IMG/VR virus record: IMGVR_UViG_3300043618_000034
Location: 2,287 to 66,286 of that record
DNA from: a virus
Taxonomy: Duplodnaviria > Caudoviricetes
Length of the DNA stretch: 64,000 nt
Reading direction: 5' to 3' (one strand)
Shown here one piece after another: positions 34,656 to 44,166 of this stretch. Positions within the stretch are counted from its first letter, which is position 1. Every line of letters starts with the position of its first letter. The notes below the pieces were generated by a model. The model saw only the letters and a list, made by a program, of their open reading frames with translations, ran no database searches and was not told where the DNA came from. The translations under genes were made by a program, and so were the position numbers.

Positions 34656-35264
34656 ATGTCCGCCACCTCGTGCGTCGCCTGCGCCGGCCCCCTCCCGGTG
34701 ATCCACCGGTCGGACCGGCTGCACTGCTCGCGGTCGTGCGAGGCGAAGGCCTACCGCGCGCGCCGTCGGCAGCGGGCCGATGTGGACCCGATCCCCGCGG
34801 AGTTGCGAGTGCGGGACCGGTGGGTGCGCTGGAATGAGCGGAAGGTGCCGCTGCGCACCGACTCGCGGTTCGCGTCCGTGACCGACCCCTCGTCGTGGTC
34901 GGACTACGGCACCGCGGCCCGCAGTACGGCCGGCGTGGGCCTCGGCTACGTCCTGACGGTCGCCGACGGCGTCCTCTGTATCGACCTCGACCACGTTCTG
35001 GATGAGCGGGGCGTTCTCGCCTCGTGGGCCGCCGACCTCATCGACGGTCTGCCGGAGACGTTCATCGAGGTGAGCCAGTCCGGCACAGGGCTGCATGTCT
35101 GGGGCCGTGGCAGCCTCACGAACGGCCGGCGAATCTCGATGCCGGGCGGCACCGGACTTGAGGTGTACGGCGACCGCCGGTACATCGCCGTGACCGGAAC
35201 GGTCTGGCGCAACTCACCGAGCAGCCTTGCCGATCTGTCCGAGGTACTCCTCGCTCTGACGTAG
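34656..35264 (+). CDS. Zn finger plus stand-alone AEP primase-polymerase catalytic domain
   Basis: CVAC...CSRSC; IDLDH, SQSGTGLH, LEVY...RYIAVTG motifs; TATCAT 6 nt before ATG, no SD. Confidence 0.8.
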   Translation: MSATSCVACAGPLPVIHRSDRLHCSRSCEAKAYRARRRQRADVDPIPAELRVRDRWVRWNERKVPLRTDSRFASVTDPSSWSDYGTAARSTAGVGLGYVLTVADGVLCIDLDHVLDERGVLASWAADLIDGLPETFIEVSQSGTGLHVWGRGSLTNGRRISMPGGTGLEVYGDRRYIAVTGTVWRNSPSSLADLSEVLLALT

Positions 35265-35279
35265 CTCTGGACGGGGGTG

Positions 35280-35765
35280 ATGGCCATGGCCGGCCGAGGC
35301 CCCCAGCCGAAGAACCCGTCGAGGCGCGCACGCGCGAACAGGGACCCGGTCTCGCAGACGCTCCTGCGCTTCGAGCAGGCGGAGGCGCCGGAACTTCCCA
35401 CCCTTCAGGTGATGAAGGACGGCGACCTCGTCGAGCACTCGTGGCCCGCGCGCACCCTGGACTGGTGGGAGATGTGGAGGGCGTCCCCGCAGGCGGAGCA
35501 CTTCTCCTCGACCGACTGGGACTTCCTCCTCGACACGGCCATCGTGCACGCTCGCCTCTGGTCGGGCGAGGTGTCGGCAGCGGCTGAACTGCGGCTTCGT
35601 GTCGCGAAGTTCGGCGCCACTCCGGAGGACCGCGCCCGGCTGCGGATGCAGTTCGCGCAGGCCGACGAGGCGGATAGCAAGCGTCCGGCCGGTGGCTCGT
35701 CGAAGCAGCGGTATGCGGATCTCAAGGTGCTTCCTGGGGGTGGCGATGCCGTGGAGGGGGCCTAG
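35280..35765 (+). CDS. terS: Terminase small subunit
   Basis: MAGRGPQPK...RRARAN, W..W..SPQA, TDWDFLLDTA, ELRLRVAKFGATPEDRARLR; overlaps terL start. Confidence 0.85.
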   Translation: MAMAGRGPQPKNPSRRARANRDPVSQTLLRFEQAEAPELPTLQVMKDGDLVEHSWPARTLDWWEMWRASPQAEHFSSTDWDFLLDTAIVHARLWSGEVSAAAELRLRVAKFGATPEDRARLRMQFAQADEADSKRPAGGSSKQRYADLKVLPGGGDAVEGA

Positions 35766-37379
35766 GTACGCCGGGGAGATGCCGACCCTGGGCTATGACG
35801 TCTTGGACTGGATGAGCGAGATGCTGGCTGCACCGGACCGGACGGACTTCGAATCGCTGGTTCTCACTCGTGAGCAGGCTCAGTTCATCCTGAACTTTTA
35901 TGCCGTCGACCCGCGCACGGGGAGGAGGCGGTACCGCCGGGGCGTGCTTTCCAGGCCGAAGGGTTGGGGAAAAGCCCTGTGCTCGCCGCCATTGCCTGCG
36001 CGGAGGCGCTGGCGCCGGTCGTTCCTGACGGCTGGGACGCGGACGGCGAGCCCGTAGGGCGCCCGTGGGCCGATCTGCGAACTCCGTGGGTGCAGCTCGC
36101 GGCCGTATCTGAGGATCAGACCCGCAACGCGTGGGCTCCGCTGCTGGAGATGCTCCGCGAGGGGCCGGCTCTCGACGAGTATCCGGGGCTTGAGGCTCTG
36201 GACACTTTCGTGAACCTCCCCAAGGGCCGCATTGAGTTCGTGACGAGCGCGGCGACGTCCCGTGAGGGCAACCGTCCGGTGTTCTGCGTGCTCGACCAGA
36301 CGGAAGAGTGGCGGCCGTCGAACGGCGGTGTGAAGCTCGCGGCGACCTTGCGCAGGAACCTCGGCAAGACGAACGGCACGAGCATCGAGTCGCCGAACGC
36401 CTATCTCCCCGGCGAGGGGAGCGTGGCGGAGGACTCGGCGGAGTATTGGAAGCGGATCGCTGAGGGGCGAGCTCGGGACGACGGCCTGCTGTACGACCAC
36501 CGTGAAGCCGACGCCGGTACGGACATGACGGATCGCGAGTCTCTGCTCGCTGGCCTGCGCTTCGTCTATGGCGATTCGGCAGAGGCTGCGGGCGGCTGGG
36601 TTGACCTGGAGCGGATCGCCGCGGAGGTGTGGGACCCGTCGACTCACCCGCAGGACGCCCGGCGCTTCTACTTGAACCAGATCACTCACGCGTCCGACTC
36701 GTGGATCTCGCAGCCGGAATGGGCCGGGGTTGCTGCAGCGGACGCCGTCGTGGGGCAGGGCGAGGAGATCGTCATGGGCTTCGACGGGTCACGCCGTCGG
36801 TCCCGCGGCGTGACGGACGCGACGGCCCTGGTGGGCTGCCGCGTCTCCGATGGCCACCTGTTCCTGCTGGGCTGCTGGGAGCAACCTGAAGGGCCGTTCG
36901 GGATCGACTGGCAGGTTCCGACGATGGAGGTGCTGGCCACCGTGGAGGACGCTTTCAAGCGCTACCGGGTAGTCGGCATGTATGCGGACCCCGCGAAGTG
37001 GGAGTCGCACATCGCGACTTGGGAGGCGAAGCACGGCCGTCGCTTGAAGGTGAAGTCGACGGTGCAGCATCCGATCGAGTGGTGGATGACGGGCGGGCGG
37101 TCGAACTTGATCGTGCGCGCGCTGGAGAAGTTCCGCTCGTCCGTCGTGGACGGCGAGCTCACGCATGACGGGTCGAGCGTTCTGGCGCGGCACGTGTTGA
37201 ATGCCCGGCGACGCGAGTCCCGCAGCGGTATCCAGATCGCCAAGGAGCATCCCGAGTCACCCCGGAAGATCGACGCGGCTGTCGCCGCAGTTCTGGCCTG
37301 GCAGTGCCGGGTCGACGCGGTTGCCAAGGGCCTCGGCAAGAAGAAGCGCAGTTCGGGAAGGGTGGTGGTCCTCCGGTGA
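35746..37379 (+). CDS. terL: Terminase large subunit; needs a -1 frame change at 35967-35973 (544 aa when joined)
   Basis: Frame 1 gives ...SRPKGWGK, the -1 frame continues SPVLAAIA...; Walker B LDQTE; nuclease GFDGS and KIDAAVA. Confidence 0.9.
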
Positions 37380-38812
37380 CGACTCCCACCCTCCCGCTGA
37401 TCGGCCTCTCCGACGACGAGCTGCAGATCCTGACGATGCTCCGCTCGGACCTGCTTTCCCAGCGCTTCAAGCTGGAGCTGTTCGACGCGTACTTCGGCGG
37501 CGAGCAGCTGGTGCGCGACCTCGGCATCAGTATCCCGCCCCAGCTGAAGGGGCTGCATACGGTCATCGGCTGGCCGCGGATCGGTATTGAGGCCCTTGAG
37601 CAGCGCCTCGACTTGGAGGCGTTCCGGTGGGCTGACGGCTCTGACGGCGCGGACTTGGACGAGATCGCTGAGGCGAATGACCTGTACGACGAGTCGTCGC
37701 TGGCGCACCTGGACGCGCTGACTTACGGCCGCGAGTACATCACGGTGGGGTCGGCGGACGACCCTGATTCCCCGCCGCTGATCACGTTCGAGTCGCCGCT
37801 GGACATGACGCTCGACTGGGATGCGCGTCTGCGGCTGCCGCGGTTCGCGCTGCGGGAGTCGGTCGACAAGTGGGACTTCGGGCTGGCGCCTGACGAGCGG
37901 CTGGTCAGCCTGTACTTGCCGGACGAGACCATCTTCGCGGTGGAGGCCAATGGGGGCTGGGAGGTCATCGACCGGGATCAGCACCGCCTCGGGCTGCCGC
38001 CGGTTCTGCGGATGGCGAACCGCCAGCGCACCGCGGACCGGGTGGGCAAGTCCGAGATCACCCCCGAGGTCATGTCGATCACCGATGCGGCGTGCCGCAG
38101 GTTGATGGGCATGGAGGTTGCGGCCGAGTTCTTCGGGGCGCCGCAGCGGTACATCCTCGGCGCGTCGGAGTCTGCCTTCCAGGATGCCGAGGGCAATACG
38201 AAGAGCGCCTGGGAGACGTACATCGGCCGTGTCCTGGCACTGGAGCGGGACGAGGACGGCCAGGTCCCGACCGTCGGCCAGTTCACTGCCCATGACCCGT
38301 CAGGCCAGACGAAAATCATCGACTTGTACGCCCGCATCATGGCCACCCAGCTCGGTCTTCCGCCGCACATGCTGGGATACACCAGCGACAACCCCGCCAG
38401 CGCGGACGCGATCCGCTCCAGTGAGGCCATGCTGGTGAAGAAGGCCGAGCGACGCGTCAAGCGGTTCGGTGCCACTCACCGGGATGCGATGCGGCTGGCT
38501 CTGTGGGTGCGTGACGGCACTCCGCCGGACCGGAGTCGGCGTATCGAGACGGTGTGGCGCAACCCTGCGACTCCGACGCTGGCAGCTCAGACGGACGCGG
38601 CGGTGAAGCTCGCGCAGGCGGGCATCGTCCCGGCGGACAGTGATGTGCTGCTGGAGATGGCCGGCCTGTCGGAGGACCAGCGCCGCCGGGTCGCCGCCGA
38701 CAGACGGAGGGCGCAAGGCGCCTCTCTGCTATCCCGGCTGACGCAGGCAGGAGCCCAGGAGGCGCTGCCCGCCGACGAGTCGGAGGCCGACGATGGCGAC
38801 GAGAGTCTCTGA
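37376..38812 (+). CDS. Portal protein (SPP1 gp6-like family)
   Basis: GWPRIGIEALEQRLDL...AHLDALTYG...NPASADAI...WRNPATPT; follows terL. Confidence 0.9.
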   Translation: MTTPTLPLIGLSDDELQILTMLRSDLLSQRFKLELFDAYFGGEQLVRDLGISIPPQLKGLHTVIGWPRIGIEALEQRLDLEAFRWADGSDGADLDEIAEANDLYDESSLAHLDALTYGREYITVGSADDPDSPPLITFESPLDMTLDWDARLRLPRFALRESVDKWDFGLAPDERLVSLYLPDETIFAVEANGGWEVIDRDQHRLGLPPVLRMANRQRTADRVGKSEITPEVMSITDAACRRLMGMEVAAEFFGAPQRYILGASESAFQDAEGNTKSAWETYIGRVLALERDEDGQVPTVGQFTAHDPSGQTKIIDLYARIMATQLGLPPHMLGYTSDNPASADAIRSSEAMLVKKAERRVKRFGATHRDAMRLALWVRDGTPPDRSRRIETVWRNPATPTLAAQTDAAVKLAQAGIVPADSDVLLEMAGLSEDQRRRVAADRRRAQGASLLSRLTQAGAQEALPADESEADDGDESL

Positions 38813-39587
38813 CGCTTCACCTGCCGTCGCCCGGCTGCGGGCTCGGCAGTCCCTGCTGACGCGGCTTCTCGTACGGGATCTGCGAGGGCTGCGACGGCTG
38901 ATCAATCCGGATCGGCTACAGGACTCCGTACCGCTGTGGATGACGGCTGTGCGGGCCCTGGTGGACCAGTACGGGGCGGCGTCGGCGTCGCTGGCGTCGG
39001 AGTCGTACTCCCAGGAGCGTGTGGCCGCCCGAGCGGGTGGCGTCTTCGACCCCCGTCCCTCCGATCCGCTGCCGGACGAGCAAGTGGACAAGAGCTTGCG
39101 GTGGGCCGTGGCGGACTTGTGGCAGACCGACTCGGACGTGCCGCTCGACGTGCGGCTCGACCAGGCGCAGGCGCGCGCCGAGGCCGCCGTGCAGAAGCTG
39201 GTAGCCGATCAGGGCCGGTCGACGATGCGCAAGGCCGTCGAGCGGGACCGTGCGGCGGTCGCCTACGCGCGGGCGGCGGCCCTGGGCGCCTGCTCGTTCT
39301 GCAAGCTGATGGCCACCCGCGGGGCCGTATACAAGAACGCCCGGACCGCAGGCAGGGATGCCGACGAACGCTTCACCGGTGACGCCTCGGTCGTGAAGTT
39401 TCACGACCACTGTCACTGCGCGATCATTCCCGTCTTCCGGGGGCAGCGTTTCGAGCTGTCTCCGCATGCAGCTGAGTGGGACCGCTTGTACCGCGAGTAC
39501 GCGCAGGGCCACTCGGGCGATCAGCTCAGGCGTTTCCGTCTGGCGCTCGCCGAGCACGACAGCAATCCGCTGCCGTCCTCTTCCTGA
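38793..39587 (+). CDS. MuF-like minor capsid / head maturation protein
   Basis: ACSFCKLMATRGAVY...FHDHCHC motif; between portal and scaffold. Confidence 0.75.
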   Translation: MATRVSDASPAVARLRARQSLLTRLLVRDLRGLRRLINPDRLQDSVPLWMTAVRALVDQYGAASASLASESYSQERVAARAGGVFDPRPSDPLPDEQVDKSLRWAVADLWQTDSDVPLDVRLDQAQARAEAAVQKLVADQGRSTMRKAVERDRAAVAYARAAALGACSFCKLMATRGAVYKNARTAGRDADERFTGDASVVKFHDHCHCAIIPVFRGQRFELSPHAAEWDRLYREYAQGHSGDQLRRFRLALAEHDSNPLPSSS

Positions 39588-39596
39588 ATCACTCAT

Positions 39597-39632
39597 GGCC
39601 GCCCTGGTGGTGGCCTTTCTCAGCCCCTGGAG
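39597..39632 (+). terminator. Hairpin, U-tract and SD leader
   Basis: GGCCGCC/GGTGGCC then TTTCTCAGCCCCTGGAGG. Confidence 0.5.
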
Positions 39633-39644
39633 GGCGACACCGTC

Positions 39645-40232
39645 ATGCCCGAGAACATCGAACCCGAGCAGCAGGTCGACGAGCAGCCGCAGGAGACCGA
39701 TTCCGCCCCGGAGGCGGAGGTCGCCGAGGAGGAACCGTTCGACCGTGCACGCGCCGAAGCCAAGATCAAGAAGGCGAACAGCGAAGCGGAGAACCTCCGT
39801 AAGCGTTTGAAGGAACTGCAGCCGCTTGCCAAGCGGGCGCAAGAGCAGGAGGACGCGCAGAAGTCGGAGGCCGAGCGGCTTACAGGTCAGCTCGCCGAGG
39901 CGCAGGAGCGCGCTGAGAAGGCCATCCGCGGCGCGGTCGCTTCGAAGGTCGAGGCTCTGGCGTCGGCGGACTTCGCCGATCCGGAGGATGCGGCTGGTGC
40001 GCTCGACCTCACCGCCTACGTGGACGACGACGGGGTCATCGACACCGACGCCATCAAGGCGGACCTCGCCACGCTCCTCAAGCGCAAGCCGCACTGGGGC
40101 AAGCCGGACGAGGGTCCGCGCTCGCCGAGGCCGGACCGCACGCAGGGCTCCTCGGGCAACGGCAATCGCACATCTTCCGATCCCGGCGTGATCTTCGCCG
40201 GGCTCATGAACGAGGCCCTGAAGGGCCGCTGA
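39645..40232 (+). CDS. Head scaffolding protein
   Basis: Acidic coiled coil, EAENLRKRL, FADPEDA; precedes the capsid gene. Confidence 0.85.
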   Translation: MPENIEPEQQVDEQPQETDSAPEAEVAEEEPFDRARAEAKIKKANSEAENLRKRLKELQPLAKRAQEQEDAQKSEAERLTGQLAEAQERAEKAIRGAVASKVEALASADFADPEDAAGALDLTAYVDDDGVIDTDAIKADLATLLKRKPHWGKPDEGPRSPRPDRTQGSSGNGNRTSSDPGVIFAGLMNEALKGR

Positions 40233-40247
40233 GAGAGGTAGCCCTCC

Positions 40248-41204
40248 ATGGCTCACACCAATCCGATCAAGCTGAGTGACGTCAATGCGACGTTCCTCCC
40301 ACCGACTCTGACCGGCCCGATCTTCGAGAAGTCCGTCGAGCAGTCGGCGGTCATGTCTCTGTCTCGGCGTGTGCCGCTGAGCATGTCGGCGACCACCGCT
40401 GTGCCGGTCCCACTGGATGTGCCGACGGCCGACTGGGTGGACCAGGCAGGCCGTAAGCCGCTGGGTACGGGCGGCGTGGACATCAAGACGATGGCGGGCA
40501 AGAAGATTGCCGTCCTCATCCCCGTCGCGATGGAGGTGGTGCAGTCCAACGCTGCGGGCCTCTGGACCCAGCTGCAGTCCGACCTGCCGACGGCCTTCTC
40601 TCGCGCTTTCGACCGGGCGACGATCCACGGCAAGACCATGAAGGGTGCGACGGGCCCGTTCGCCGACTACCTGGCGATGACGTCCAAGTCAATCGCCCTG
40701 GGCACCTCGGCACAGAACGTCGGCGGTATCTGGCTGGACTTCGTCAAGGGCATGGAAGAGATCGTCGACGACGTCTGGGACTACACCGGCACGGTCGCCG
40801 ACCACCGGCTGCAGCCCAAGCTGCTCGGCGCGACGGACACCACCGGCCGCCCGATCTTCGTCGAGACTCGTGAGACCGGGACGGGCATGGCGGTGGCCGG
40901 CTCTCTCGTCGGGAACCCGCTCGCGTACTCGCGCAGCGTGTCGGGGAAGGTGCGACGCCAGTCCACGAGTACGGACACGGGGCTGCGTGCGATCGGCGGG
41001 GACTGGTCGCAGACGGCGTATGGCGTCGGTATGGACATCACGGTGAAGATCAGCCGTGAGGCGACGTACATCGATGAGGACGGCGGCGTGCACAGCGCCT
41101 TCCAAGAGAACTTGGTGTTGCTCCTCGCGGAGGCGTACTACGGGTTCGTCCTCGGCGACCCGGAAGCGTTCGTGAAGTTCACCGGCACCCCGAGCGGCAC
41201 GTGA
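40248..41204 (+). CDS. Major capsid protein (HK97 fold)
   Basis: IFEKSVEQSAVMSL, KKIAVLIPV, AFSRAFD, AFQENLVLLLAE; 318 aa. Confidence 0.9.
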   Translation: MAHTNPIKLSDVNATFLPPTLTGPIFEKSVEQSAVMSLSRRVPLSMSATTAVPVPLDVPTADWVDQAGRKPLGTGGVDIKTMAGKKIAVLIPVAMEVVQSNAAGLWTQLQSDLPTAFSRAFDRATIHGKTMKGATGPFADYLAMTSKSIALGTSAQNVGGIWLDFVKGMEEIVDDVWDYTGTVADHRLQPKLLGATDTTGRPIFVETRETGTGMAVAGSLVGNPLAYSRSVSGKVRRQSTSTDTGLRAIGGDWSQTAYGVGMDITVKISREATYIDEDGGVHSAFQENLVLLLAEAYYGFVLGDPEAFVKFTGTPSGT

Positions 41205-42235
41205 GTAGGGCCGTCCCGGCATCCGCGCCGGGCGGGACGGCCAAGCCGCTGCGCATCGTGGCCCGCGTGCACGCCATGCCTCCGGAGCACAATGCCGGGG
41301 CCGAGCACATGCTGGTGTCGATGCTGCGTCCCCTGGTGGAGCGCGGTCACGACGTTTCCGTGTGGCTGTCCCGGTACAGCAAGGCTCACGAGCCCTACGA
41401 CTACCGGGGGATTCGGGTGGTGCCCTTGGAGGCCCGCCTCGACTTCTCGTCGGCCGTGCGAACTGCCAACGTCCTGGTCTCGCACCTGGAGTGCGTGCCC
41501 TCGACGCTGGCCTTGGCCCGCGGGTACAGCAAGCCGGTGATCACGGTGTGCCACAACACCCACCGGCCCACCTACCGGGACATGGCTGCGGGCGGGACCG
41601 CGATGGCGGTCTACAACTCCCAGTGGATGCGGGCCGAGGCAGAGTTGTTTTTTGCCGAGTACCCCAAGTCCGTGCGGCCGGACAGCGAACTGGTGGTACG
41701 CCCGCCGGTGTTCGCCGAGGACTACGCGACGAAGCCCGGTAAGGCGATCACGCTGGTCAACTGCAATCCGGAGAAGGGCGGCAGGGTCCTGGAGGCCTTG
41801 GCCCGCCGGATGTCCGACCAGCAGTTCCTCGCCGTGCGCGGCGCCTACGGCGAGCAGGTCCTCCCCGACCTGCCGAATGTGGAGATCGTCGAGCACGTTG
41901 ACGGCCAGGAGATGCGGGATCGGGTCTACTCCCGGACTCGGGTGCTGCTGATGCCGTCGTCCTACGAATCGTGGGGGCGCGTGGGGTGCGAGGCGCTAGC
42001 CTCCGGTATCCCGGTCGTCGCCCACCCGACCCCTGGCCTGTGTGAGTCCCTTGGTGAGGCTGGGATCTTCGTCGACCGGAATGACGTCGGCGGGTACGAG
42101 GCGGTCCTGCGCAAGCTGCTGACACCGGCCGAGTACCGGCTCGCGAGCAAGAAGGCGCGGGCCCGGTCTGCGGAGCTCGACCCGTCTGACGAGCTGTCCG
42201 CCTGGTGTGACGCCGTGGAGTCCTTGGCCCGCTAG
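41201..42235 (+). CDS. GT-B fold glycosyltransferase (GT4-like)
   Basis: NAGAE, TLVNCNPEKGG, MPSSYESWGRVGCEALASGIPVV (EX7E), GLCESLG; GTGA overlap with capsid stop. Confidence 0.9.
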   Translation: MSRAVPASAPGGTAKPLRIVARVHAMPPEHNAGAEHMLVSMLRPLVERGHDVSVWLSRYSKAHEPYDYRGIRVVPLEARLDFSSAVRTANVLVSHLECVPSTLALARGYSKPVITVCHNTHRPTYRDMAAGGTAMAVYNSQWMRAEAELFFAEYPKSVRPDSELVVRPPVFAEDYATKPGKAITLVNCNPEKGGRVLEALARRMSDQQFLAVRGAYGEQVLPDLPNVEIVEHVDGQEMRDRVYSRTRVLLMPSSYESWGRVGCEALASGIPVVAHPTPGLCESLGEAGIFVDRNDVGGYEAVLRKLLTPAEYRLASKKARARSAELDPSDELSAWCDAVESLAR

Positions 42236-42244
42236 GAGGTTACC

Positions 42245-42661
42245 GTGGCATTCATCGCTCCCACCGCCGAGCAGCTCGCACTCTTCCTGGGCATCGAAGA
42301 GATCCAGGGTGACCGCGCGGACCTGCTCATCCAGCAGGCCGTCGCGCTCGCTGAGTCGATCGTGAAGCCTTTGCCGACCCAGGCCACTGCGGTCGTCCTG
42401 TCGGTCGCAGGCCGCGCCTACGTGAATCCCCAGCAGGTCAGCTACGAGACGATCGGCCCGATGTCCGTACAGCGGCCGTCAGGCTCGGGCGGTTTGTACC
42501 TGACCAAGGCGGACAAGGCGGCCCTGAAGTCGTTGGCGGGCCGTGGTGGCGCCTTCACTGTCGACCCGACTCCGGCGACAGCGGACCCCTCGCCGACATG
42601 GCCCTACGACGACTCCTACGGTCCGGGGCTGGAGTACGAGCCCGGGTGGGGGTGGGTCTGA
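42245..42661 (+). CDS. Head-to-tail adaptor
   Basis: AGRAYVNP...ETIGP...GGLYLTKADK; position. Confidence 0.8.
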   Translation: MAFIAPTAEQLALFLGIEEIQGDRADLLIQQAVALAESIVKPLPTQATAVVLSVAGRAYVNPQQVSYETIGPMSVQRPSGSGGLYLTKADKAALKSLAGRGGAFTVDPTPATADPSPTWPYDDSYGPGLEYEPGWGWV

Positions 42662-43024
42662 GTGCCAGCCCCGTACCCGTATGGGGAGACCGTCCGCATC
42701 CTGCGCACCGCACCGTCGCCCGGCCGCGATCCACGTGGCCAGCCACTTCCCGGCTCCGACGAGTCCTTCGACCTGAAGGGTTGCGTCGTCACTCCCCGGG
42801 CCGAGACCCCGTCCGTGGGCGGCACACAGCAGCAGGAGCGGGACACCGTGATCGTCGGGTGGACCGTGTATGCCCCTCCGGGCAGCGTGGTCCGTACTAC
42901 CGACCGAGCCCGAATCCGGGGCGTGGTGTGCCAGGTGACGGGCGAGCCGGGCGACTGGCTGCGATCCCCGTTCACCGGCACCAAGGGGCCCGTGCAGTTC
43001 GCCGCGGACCGGGTGACCGGCTAG
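42662..43024 (+). CDS. Head-to-tail stopper
   Basis: TVYAPPG...TDRARIRG...VTGEPGDW.SPFTG; position. Confidence 0.8.
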   Translation: MPAPYPYGETVRILRTAPSPGRDPRGQPLPGSDESFDLKGCVVTPRAETPSVGGTQQQERDTVIVGWTVYAPPGSVVRTTDRARIRGVVCQVTGEPGDWLRSPFTGTKGPVQFAADRVTG

Positions 43025-43341
43025 CCGCGGGCCTGTTCCACGGCCGCGACGAGCTGTGCCGCCGCGTCGTTGCTGCGGTGCGGGATGGACAGGCTGTGCG
43101 GGTCGTCGTAGCGCGGCCGGCCGCCCTGAAGAAGCCCGCTCTGCTCGGGGGCTGGCATTGAGCCTGGCAGCACGATCTGCACGTACCCGTGATTCAGGCG
43201 GGTGGCCGCTTTGAGCCGGGTGCCGGTGACGTCGGCGGCCCGGATGCGGAACTGCCTGGCCTGCTGACCGACCGGACTCTTGGTGATGGTCACCCACTCG
43301 CCGTCGAAGCTGATGCTGCCGAGCACTCCCTTGACGTGCAT
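43021..43341 (-). CDS. DUF4429-like (PH-like) protein inserted antisense in the neck operon
   Basis: VKGVLGSISFDGEWVTI...K.AT..NHGYVQI...DPHSL; AAGGGGG SD. Confidence 0.7.
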   Translation of the reverse strand: MHVKGVLGSISFDGEWVTITKSPVGQQARQFRIRAADVTGTRLKAATRLNHGYVQIVLPGSMPAPEQSGLLQGGRPRYDDPHSLSIPHRSNDAAAQLVAAVEQARG

Positions 43342-43368
43342 ACGTCCCCCTTGGGTTGAAAGGGGTCC

Positions 43369-43701
43369 ATGATGCCCGCGAAGTTCAAGATGTCCAAGAG
43401 GGGTGTCGGGCAGCTCCTTCGCAGCCCGATGATCCAGGCGGAGATGGTCCGCCGCGCCGAGGTCATTCGCTCGACCGCGGTTGCCATCGCTCCCGTGTAC
43501 GTGGGGTCTTGGGGCGGTACGCCCGGCCACTACAAGGCGTCCTTCGAGGTCACATCCACTGCACGTGGCGGTCGGCGTCGGGACCGTGCCACGGCCACGG
43601 TGCGGAACGGCGCCTACTACGCCCGTTGGGTGGAGTACGGCACCGAGCGAGTCCCCGCCCACCACGTGCTCCTGCGTGCCGCGCGGGCGGGTGGTCGCTG
43701 A
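43369..43701 (+). CDS. Neck protein (HK97 gp10-like)
   Basis: GHYKAS...AYYARWVEYGT motif. Confidence 0.8.
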   Translation: MMPAKFKMSKRGVGQLLRSPMIQAEMVRRAEVIRSTAVAIAPVYVGSWGGTPGHYKASFEVTSTARGGRRRDRATATVRNGAYYARWVEYGTERVPAHHVLLRAARAGGR

Positions 43702-44099
43702 TGGCGGCCGTCGGCTCCGTCGACGTGGAGCTCCTTGTCATCGGTTGGTTGCAGCAGCGCCTTGGTGCTGGGGTCGTTGTCCGCGACGAGCTCGACAACA
43801 ACCTTCTGTCCGAGCTGCCGACCGTGCAGGTCAATGTGGTCGGTGGGGACGATGACGGGCTGCGCCTGGACCGGGCGCTCGTCGACGTCGACGTCTACCA
43901 CTCCACCCGGGCGGCGGCGATCGCCCTGGCCTCGACGATCCACGGTGCTTTGCTCGGCGAACTGCGGGGGTCCACCACCTCCGCTGCCGTCGTCGGTCGT
44001 GTGGATGCGGTCAGCCGTCCTGCCGTCCGCCCTTACGAGAACACGGCCCTGCGCCGTGTGGGTGGCGTCTACCAGCTCTACAGTCACCCGGTCTCCTGA
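43701..44099 (+). CDS. Tail terminator
   Basis: DVELLVIGWL...LPTVQV..VGG.DD...VDVDVY; position. Confidence 0.8.
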   Translation: MAAVGSVDVELLVIGWLQQRLGAGVVVRDELDNNLLSELPTVQVNVVGGDDDGLRLDRALVDVDVYHSTRAAAIALASTIHGALLGELRGSTTSAAVVGRVDAVSRPAVRPYENTALRRVGGVYQLYSHPVS

Positions 44100-44107
44100 C
44101 CGGTCGG

Positions 44108-44161
44108 GCCCGCGCCGGATCCCGAACTCCCGCCCGTGCGCGGGCTCTTCCATGTCTGGAG
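44108..44161 (+). terminator. Hairpin, U-tract and SD leader
   Basis: GCCCGCGC/GCGCGGGC then TCTTCCATGTCTGGAG. Confidence 0.45.
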
Positions 44162-44166
44162 ACATC

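Noticed and set aside
35964-37379. terL as an independent gene starting at TTG 35964
   Set aside because: No properly spaced SD, and it would cut Walker A in half; frameshift or 1-nt deletion fits better
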